From positions 496,001 to 560,000 of the forward strand of contig CAUYUJ010000303.1 in the NCBI GenBank assembly GCA_963575745.1: 64,000 nucleotides of DNA. Reading direction: 5' to 3'. The translations under genes were made by a program, and so were the position numbers. Origin of the DNA: Prorocentrum cordatum (Eukaryota). Each line of letters opens with the position of its first letter. Position 1 is the stretch's first letter. Under the pieces are notes generated by a model. That model searched no databases. It was not told the DNA's origin and saw nothing but the letters and a program-made list of their open reading frames with translations. This document shows positions 59,201 through 64,000 of the stretch, piece by piece.

Positions 59201-62136
59201 CTCGCCGGGAGGCGAACATCCCGGCCGAGGACCCAGAGGTAGGGGCTGAAACCAGCCCGCCGGGCCAGCGTGTTCTTGGCCCTGTTGCACTCCGTCACTG
59301 CCGTTCTCATCTCCTCAAGGCCCGCCACCTGCTTGTCGTGCACCACCCTCGTGAGCATCGAGTTCCAGATGCCGTCGTGGCGCTCCATCTTGCCGATGTG
59401 CCACGGCGAGGCCAGAGCGGCCGAGTCCAGGCGCACGCCCTCCTGCTCCAGGTAGTCCGCGAACTCGCCCAGGAAGGACCGCGCGCGGTCCACCATGATC
59501 GCCTCCTCCGGCTGGCCAGCCCAGGAGACCCAGCAGAGCTCGTAGAACTTCCTGACCTCCGAGGCCTTGGGGTTCTTGTGAGTGTCCTCCAGCAGGCAGA
59601 CCACGTGGAAGTTCGTCCCCATACACATGATGCCAAGGAACTCCCAGTTGTTGCCGGCGCTGTCGACGTTCTCGAAGCAGTCCATCGCAAGCAGCACGTT
59701 AAATTCGTCGACCCTCGGGAGCTGACTCGGACGTGGGATGCTGGGTCGCTGCACTCGCCGGCAGCTCTCACAAACAAACAGCCTCGCTGCCTTCAGCGCC
59801 AGAGCCGTTGCCTTGCCCAGGCGCAACGCCCTGAGCAGCGCTGGCCGTGAGGGGTGCCCGAGGTTCACGTCCACCCTCTCGATCGCCCTCTTGACGGCCC
59901 TCGGCAACAGCTCCCAACGTCGCTTCCTCTCCCGTGAGGCGTCCCGCTGCTGTGCTGCAGCCGGCCCCTCGGGCAGGTCGCCCCGCTCGTAGCCCGCGAA
60001 GTAGAAGACCACCACGTCGTTCTCGAGTAGATGTCGTGGCAACCAGCGCCGTCGTGCTTGCAGTGACTGTTGCGACCAGTCCTCGAAGTCTAGCCTGAAG
60101 AGCTGGTCGCCCTTGAGCGTCGTGACCATCCTGAGCGGGGCGTCCGCGGCGTGCAGCTGCGGTTGCGCCGTCTGGAGCCGCTGACCCCCGCGTCTAGCCT
60201 TCACCATCTTCAGCGGCTCGCTGATGACTCCTCCCAGCTCCTCCAGGAAGAGGTCCGAGCCCCAGATGATCGTCTCGATATCCTCGCCCATCTTCTCCAG
60301 TAACCTCCTATGCCAACTCCAGAATGTGTCCAGCTCAGCGCATAGCTCCACCGTCAGCAGCTCGAACTCGCCGTACTGCGTACGCCGTCCCCGTCGGAAG
60401 CCCAGCGGGCGTCCGCCAGGAGGCACTCCGCGCTCGCGGCGAGCAGGCGCTCGGCCGCGCCTGGGCCTCACGGGCACCTCGGCCGGTGCCTCTGGGGCCT
60501 CCGCCGCCGCCTCGGCAGGCGGCGTGTCCTCTCCGAGAGGCGGACCCTCCTGGTGTGCCTCCTCCGGCACAGGCTCTCCCCGCGGCGGGCTCCGCGACCG
60601 CGGACGCTCGTGCGGGAAAGCATCCTCCACAGGGAAGGCCGCATCCATTACCAGCGAGCTGCGGTAGTCGATCTGCATCTGCTGGAGCACGCCGCGACAG
60701 AAGGCCTTCGCGAGGCCCACGGGGTAGGCTGCCGCCTGCTGCGCCCGATAGCCACCCGAGTTCTTCCCGAGCAGCTGCTGGTGGGCGCCGGGCGGACAGG
60801 CACAGCGCTTGCTCAGGTGGTTCGCCACCGCTGCGCTGTTCGTGAGCCACCCCGTCGGCTTCTTGATCGGCTTGCCCGTGTCCTTGTCGCAGGCTCCATA
60901 GGCACATTGATCTCCGCGCACAAACACAACACCTTCCAAATCCCACAAACATATCAGGATGCCGGCATACTCCCAAGAAAGTGCTGTCAAAGGCTGCTCT
61001 ATCAAGAAATACCGTCCTCTCGCATGCACACATCGAGATACCCGCCGAACGAGCAAAAGATAACGACGAGCACTCCTGCGGACCTCATCCCAGTCGATGA
61101 GCTTGTTCATGTTGGTCATCAGGGACCACGGATGACAGGGAAAAGCCAACACTGTGATGTAAGGCCAGTGCAGGTCGAGGATCCGGTAGAGTAAGGCCCG
61201 TCCAGGGCCCTTGAGCAAGTCATAGTCGGGAGAGTGGTCCACGTCCAGCGGCTGAGACTGCATCCAACCGTATTCCTTTGCACCGTAGCGCGTCAGGATG
61301 TGCTCCCCACCGAACGGCTCGAACACCACCGTGGTCTGGAAGTCGGCGGTCACGAAACGCTCCGCCTCGAACCTCGGTCGAAGTAGCTCTTCTCGTAGTC
61401 GTCGATCCTCTCCACGAAGCTCACGCCAGGTGGACTCGAGCTTCTTCCGAGTCGTCTTGGAGAGGATCCCTGTCGCGTCGGTGGCCAGCACACCGCGATC
61501 CTTCGACAGGAAGGCGTGGCCAACCTCCTCCTCGACCCGGATCTCCTCGCCGTCGGACTCCTCGAAGACCGACTCCTTCTGCGCCTGCGCGTAGAAGAAC
61601 TCCGAGTCCCTCTTATTCGAGATCACCGTCGCTGGTCCTGAACTCGAAGCTGCTGCCGATCGGTGACCATCATCGTCTCCCCAGTCATCAAGTCGCACTG
61701 CCAAGTGACCGCCCACCTTGAGCAGCTGCACGTCCACGGCGAGCGTCTGCAGCTCCATCCGCATCTCCTTCAGGTGGAGCACGGCACCCAGCGCCTCCTG
61801 CGACGCCAGGCTGACCAGGAGCGGGGTGTCGCAGTCCTCCATCTCCGTGCTGAAGATCACCCCGCGGCGGCCGCCAAGGGCGACCGGGATCTCGACCACG
61901 CGCCCCTCCTGCCTCTTGCCGAAGGCCGAGGAGAAGCTCCTCACGCGGTCCGTCATCTTGATCTCGAGGCCGCGGGGATGCAGGCACCTCTTCTCGAACA
62001 GCTCCCGCCAGTATTTGCTGTGCATACATCTTGTGCAACCGGTATCGATGAGCGCCACTGGTACGTCAGACGTGTCACTGTCTTCACTCACCATAAGCAC
62101 CATCTCCAAAAATCCTTCCCCGGGTACTGGGCGCAC
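56275..62136 (-). CDS. pol: Pol polyprotein (1953 aa uninterrupted): aspartic protease, C5-DNA methyltransferase, integrase, RT, RNase H
   Basis: PR ALIDTGC; DNMT FEPFGG / AFPC / IEQP / DQCAYG..KKPT / AAAYP (~60690-61340); INT NLGHP..CESC, MDCF, VDRARSF, KMER; Copia-type RT KSRLVVVGF, DVKNAY, KAIYG, HVDD; RNase H VDA, RSTLAAE, TDAKS, NIADVLTK. The ORF-track start is GTG and the true start is uncertain. Confidence 0.95.
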   Translation of the reverse strand: MRPVPGEGFLEMVLMVSEDSDTSDVPVALIDTGCTRCMHSKYWRELFEKRCLHPRGLEIKMTDRVRSFSSAFGKRQEGRVVEIPVALGGRRGVIFSTEMEDCDTPLLVSLASQEALGAVLHLKEMRMELQTLAVDVQLLKVGGHLAVRLDDWGDDDGHRSAAASSSGPATVISNKRDSEFFYAQAQKESVFEESDGEEIRVEEEVGHAFLSKDRGVLATDATGILSKTTRKKLESTWRELRGEDRRLREELLRPRFEAERFVTADFQTTVVFEPFGGEHILTRYGAKEYGWMQSQPLDVDHSPDYDLLKGPGRALLYRILDLHWPYITVLAFPCHPWSLMTNMNKLIDWDEVRRSARRYLLLVRRVSRCVHARGRYFLIEQPLTALSWEYAGILICLWDLEGVVFVRGDQCAYGACDKDTGKPIKKPTGWLTNSAAVANHLSKRCACPPGAHQQLLGKNSGGYRAQQAAAYPVGLAKAFCRGVLQQMQIDYRSSLVMDAAFPVEDAFPHERPRSRSPPRGEPVPEEAHQEGPPLGEDTPPAEAAAEAPEAPAEVPVRPRRGRAPARRERGVPPGGRPLGFRRGRRTQYGEFELLTVELCAELDTFWSWHRRLLEKMGEDIETIIWGSDLFLEELGGVISEPLKMVKARRGGQRLQTAQPQLHAADAPLRMVTTLKGDQLFRLDFEDWSQQSLQARRRWLPRHLLENDVVVFYFAGYERGDLPEGPAAAQQRDASRERKRRWELLPRAVKRAIERVDVNLGHPSRPALLRALRLGKATALALKAARLFVCESCRRVQRPSIPRPSQLPRVDEFNVLLAMDCFENVDSAGNNWEFLGIMCMGTNFHVVCLLEDTHKNPKASEVRKFYELCWVSWAGQPEEAIMVDRARSFLGEFADYLEQEGVRLDSAALASPWHIGKMERHDGIWNSMLTRVVHDKQVAGLEEMRTAVTECNRAKNTLARRAGFSPYLWVLGRDVRLPASLADDAEVERVGEQVAAATPGSRFARKVEIRTQCWMAFIQTDTEDRLRRAELRQIRPTRGPFVVGQWVLFYDQAQPAKHRPEHPDNWRGLARVIGHEGRHGVWLAFRGLTVLASPEHLAAATGHEIHAWRSIAQEQELVHDAPVSGGSGFVDLRGRPKPPAAAGQEPAEQGDESGMDVGPRAEVPEEPQPASAPPEPEAPPAPPEAEAPRAAPAAPEPPAAPAPAVGAEDVPVPPDLDFDAMEFDAATQEIMRDDGDDDWHPDSHGVHTEPEPEASRHRRPGSLLEEEETEERREREAKRRRLLDDVPVSIRQGTAGSVDSAKFVLDNDLDEFMEAGLETYQQGEAFFVQEGIGKEEFIFGLMRNEFEHAFLTKKPGRKEIKLGSLPEEQRRMFMDRGGSRDAEWRSWQDFDAAEPIPPDESEALRADKANIIIPMRWVDTDKKNGKYDEAGAPLPLLAKSRLVVVGFRDRLLGMFRRDAPTASRLAEALLLTLAAAMGMILSLGDVKNAYFNGQNLQREVYLEQPRGGLPGLAPGQLLRARKAIYGFAEAARLFWLALRDALLSDGWLQSRLEPALFYKRVDGQLKGIAVSHVDDVLVARMKDMQLSDLLPKVLGTFQWKWSELPLTFRGRELSSDSKGFLVKMVNYATSLKPIKIPAGRRKQLQEDLNEDEAKELLRVSGEIGWLGRQCRLDLVFLSGELQRARAAPCVADLVKANLAVSEAKKGAEVALVYPANLRLSSAVIGAAVDAGHANGPEHDDIERYKSCGGHVVLLTTDGILAGHQAPVAVLDWKSGMTQRVCRSTLAAEASHLADAVEAVDWAAVLFREATNVSVDLLNWQGEVQRLPRFWATDAKSVYDHLTKEGSAKSKDKRMAIEGALLREVLRCENTHLRWIDGSQNIADVLTKLGVDKVYLYKVLREAKWSLVQDPAAAAIKMKKSMQRASRKTAIDTRKTEKRQQDKLVRANEMRDIAD

Positions 62137-62181
62137 GTGGCGCCCGCGAGGGGCCCCTCTGGGCCCCGGTGTGGAGTGTGC

Positions 62182-63711
62182 TCAGGCCGAAGACGGCGGT
62201 GGCCGCGCCTCGCGCAGCCTCTGCTCGCCCTCGTTGTAGTTCAGCGTGCCCTTGCAGTCCGGGAACTGACTGCACCCGAAGAACCAGCCGCCTGTCCGAT
62301 GATTCTGGCGAGCCACCAGAGCTTTGGAGCACTTCGGGCACGGCAGCACCTCGTCGTCCTTCGTCGTTGGGAGAATCGTGCTGAGGCTGTCGCTGACCAC
62401 GCTCGCACTGTCGCCAACATCGCTGCCCACGAGCTTGAAGGAGCCGAGGTCGGAGCCGCGGTCCGAGCTGACGAGGAAGGCCGAGTCGTACTCGACGTCG
62501 TCCAGCACGAAAAGGGTCGCGTCCCTCCGCTTCTTGGCGCTGGTGCTGCTCGATGGGCGAGGGCTGCTGCCCGAAGCCGAGGGGCTGCTCCATGCCGGGC
62601 GCGAAAGCGCCGCTGCTCGTCCACGTGGATCAGCTCGACTCTTCGGCTTCGCCGTCGGCTTCGGCCTCTTTGGACCCATAGGGCACTCCGGGTCCCCGGC
62701 CCAGTGACCGAGCTTGCCGCACGCCCCGCAGTGCGTGCGCTGCTTGCCCTTCGCAATCTCCGCCTTGCGCTCCTCGAAGGTCAACGTGCCCTCCGCCTTG
62801 AAGAAGCCACGCTTCCGCTGGAGGTCTCGAACCTTGGCCCGAGCAGTGTCGTAGGCGGCGTACGCGTTGTTGATCGCCTCGTCCTGACTCGCGCCAGCGT
62901 CGCTGGCGATGTCCTCCTCGGCGTCACCGTCCTCGTAGGCCTCGTAGGCCTCGTCGTCGTAGTCCTCGTCCTGCTCGTCCTCCTCGTAGTCCACGTCGTC
63001 CGCCTCGGTGTAGTACACCCTCGTCTGCTTCTTGGACTTATCCTTGCCGCCCTTGCCTCCGCCCTTCGAGCGTCCATGAGGATGGGGCTGTGGCGGCCGG
63101 GAGGTCTTCTCCTGCAGGTGGAGGTCGTGGTAGTTCGTCTTCAGTGTGTTCTCGAAGGCCTTTGTCTCATACTTATTGTCCGCCACCATCGTGACCAGTC
63201 TCTTCTGGTCGTCCGTCAGCATAGCCCCCTCAAGGAGGAAGTATGCGTAGAGATCGTCGTTGAGCTTCGTCCCCTCGTCCAGCTCTGTCAGCTCCTTGTA
63301 CTTGTTGTGGAACGTCCTCAGGTACTCGACGATCTCCTGGCCACGGCGGCGGCGGGACCTCTTGAAGAAATCATCGAACTTCTGCTGCTTACGCACCACC
63401 GCTACCTTGTCCAGGCCATCGAGAGCCTCGATGATCTTCTTATGCGAGCCGTTCTGGGTGAGCGCCGTGATGTTGTCCAGCAGGGGCTCCACCGCCTTCC
63501 ACGCGCGGCCTGTGAGGCCCCGCGTCAGGCGCAAGCCCAGGTTCGCCCGCTTCTCCTTGCCAGCCTCCGTCGAGCTCAACTGTGTGCTGTACTCTATCAT
63601 CACCCTCATTCTGTATTCTCGTAGAAGAGCTCTGTTCTCGCCGTCCCAGTGCGGGATGCCCTCTTTGTCGACGAAGAGTTCCTCTGCGGACTCGTCCGTC
63701 ATGCGGGCCAT
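62182..63711 (-). CDS. gag: Retrotransposon Gag-like protein (~509 aa from ATG 63711) with a CCHC knuckle and a C-terminal C4 zinc ribbon
   Basis: HCGACGKLGHWAGDPEC zinc knuckle; acidic tract; PCPKC...FFGCSQFPDC resembles the topoisomerase-type C4 zinc finger; first ATG after the PBS. Confidence 0.85.
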   Translation of the reverse strand: MARMTDESAEELFVDKEGIPHWDGENRALLREYRMRVMIEYSTQLSSTEAGKEKRANLGLRLTRGLTGRAWKAVEPLLDNITALTQNGSHKKIIEALDGLDKVAVVRKQQKFDDFFKRSRRRRGQEIVEYLRTFHNKYKELTELDEGTKLNDDLYAYFLLEGAMLTDDQKRLVTMVADNKYETKAFENTLKTNYHDLHLQEKTSRPPQPHPHGRSKGGGKGGKDKSKKQTRVYYTEADDVDYEEDEQDEDYDDEAYEAYEDGDAEEDIASDAGASQDEAINNAYAAYDTARAKVRDLQRKRGFFKAEGTLTFEERKAEIAKGKQRTHCGACGKLGHWAGDPECPMGPKRPKPTAKPKSRADPRGRAAALSRPAWSSPSASGSSPRPSSSTSAKKRRDATLFVLDDVEYDSAFLVSSDRGSDLGSFKLVGSDVGDSASVVSDSLSTILPTTKDDEVLPCPKCSKALVARQNHRTGGWFFGCSQFPDCKGTLNYNEGEQRLREARPPPSSA

Positions 63712-63733
63712 TGTCTCCGCCGTAGATCGTAAA

Positions 63734-63749
63734 CCCAGCTCCGCGACCA
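63734..63749 (-). promoter_or_regulatory. Primer binding site (TGGTCGCGGAGCTGGG)
   Basis: Begins with TGG (complement of the tRNA CCA end) 1 nt downstream of the 5' LTR; priming tRNA not identified. Confidence 0.75.
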
Positions 63750-63750
63750 G

Positions 63751-63979
63751 TTTGAACTCCGATCTGCTGCTCTGCTGCAATCCGAGTGGGCGCAGCTCCT
63801 TTTGCTCCGACCAGCGTGCCGGCAGGCTCACGAGTCTCGGGCGCGGGCCGCCCGAGAGGCAGTAAAACCTGGGGCCCCAGGCTTGGGCCCACAGTGGTTG
63901 CGGGAGCACGGGAGAGGGACAGAGGGAGAGCAAAGAGGAAAGGGATAGGCGGGTTGAGGCGAGCCTGGAAATCTTCACA
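63751..63979 (-). repeat. 5' LTR (229 bp, TGTGAAG...GTTCAAA on the minus strand)
   Basis: Near-identical to 56005-56233; bounded by the TSD on the outside and the PBS on the inside. Confidence 0.95.
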
Positions 63980-64000
63980 CGGATGTAGGCGCGTCTTTTT

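Larger units (their letters stand above)
56005..63979 (-). mobile_element. Full-length Copia-order LTR retrotransposon carrying a DNA cytosine methyltransferase domain
   Basis: 229-bp direct repeats at 56005-56233 and 63751-63979 (4 mismatches by eye); 5-bp TSD CGGAT at 56000-56004 and 63980-63984; PBS-like sequence; gag, then pol in the order PR-(DNMT)-INT-RT-RNaseH. Confidence 0.96.

Noticed and set aside
57680..63624. Long plus-strand ORFs (437, 605, 653 aa)
   Set aside because: Antisense shadows of the GC3-rich gag/pol coding sequence
63712..63978. First ~89 aa of the 598-aa gag ORF
   Set aside because: Lies within the LTR/PBS and starts at a non-ATG codon; ATG 63711 is the more plausible start

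Overview
GC-rich, repeat-dominated eukaryotic DNA, very probably from a dinoflagellate: there is an exact 22-nt DinoSL spliced-leader at 54064-54085 and reading-frame-restoring GC-AG/GA-AG introns. No conventional housekeeping genes, rRNA, tRNA or CRISPR arrays were found. The window is a nest of mobile elements. (1) A near-intact 7,975-bp Copia-order LTR retrotransposon (56005-63979, minus strand) has 229-bp LTRs with TG...AA ends, a 5-bp TSD and a PBS. Its pol carries a C5-cytosine DNA methyltransferase domain between protease and integrase, and gag and pol are in frame, separated only by one TGA followed by GC-rich hairpins. (2) A decayed tyrosine-recombinase (DIRS-order, split-direct-repeat) retroelement (~26226-40925) sits in a (TA)n tract, also carries a DNMT domain, and is split by (3) an 8.0-kb TIR element with a 10-bp TSD. 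(4) A Merlin/IS1595-like transposase pseudogene, preceded by a relic spliced leader, is followed by an SF3-helicase-like pseudogene whose two predicted introns have terminal inverted repeats. (5) A Helitron-like N-terminal fragment carries a long Cys-rich array. The rest is a foldback element, small intron-containing genes or pseudogenes of unknown function, and many satellites. All protein family calls come from motif recognition by eye; no database searches were run.
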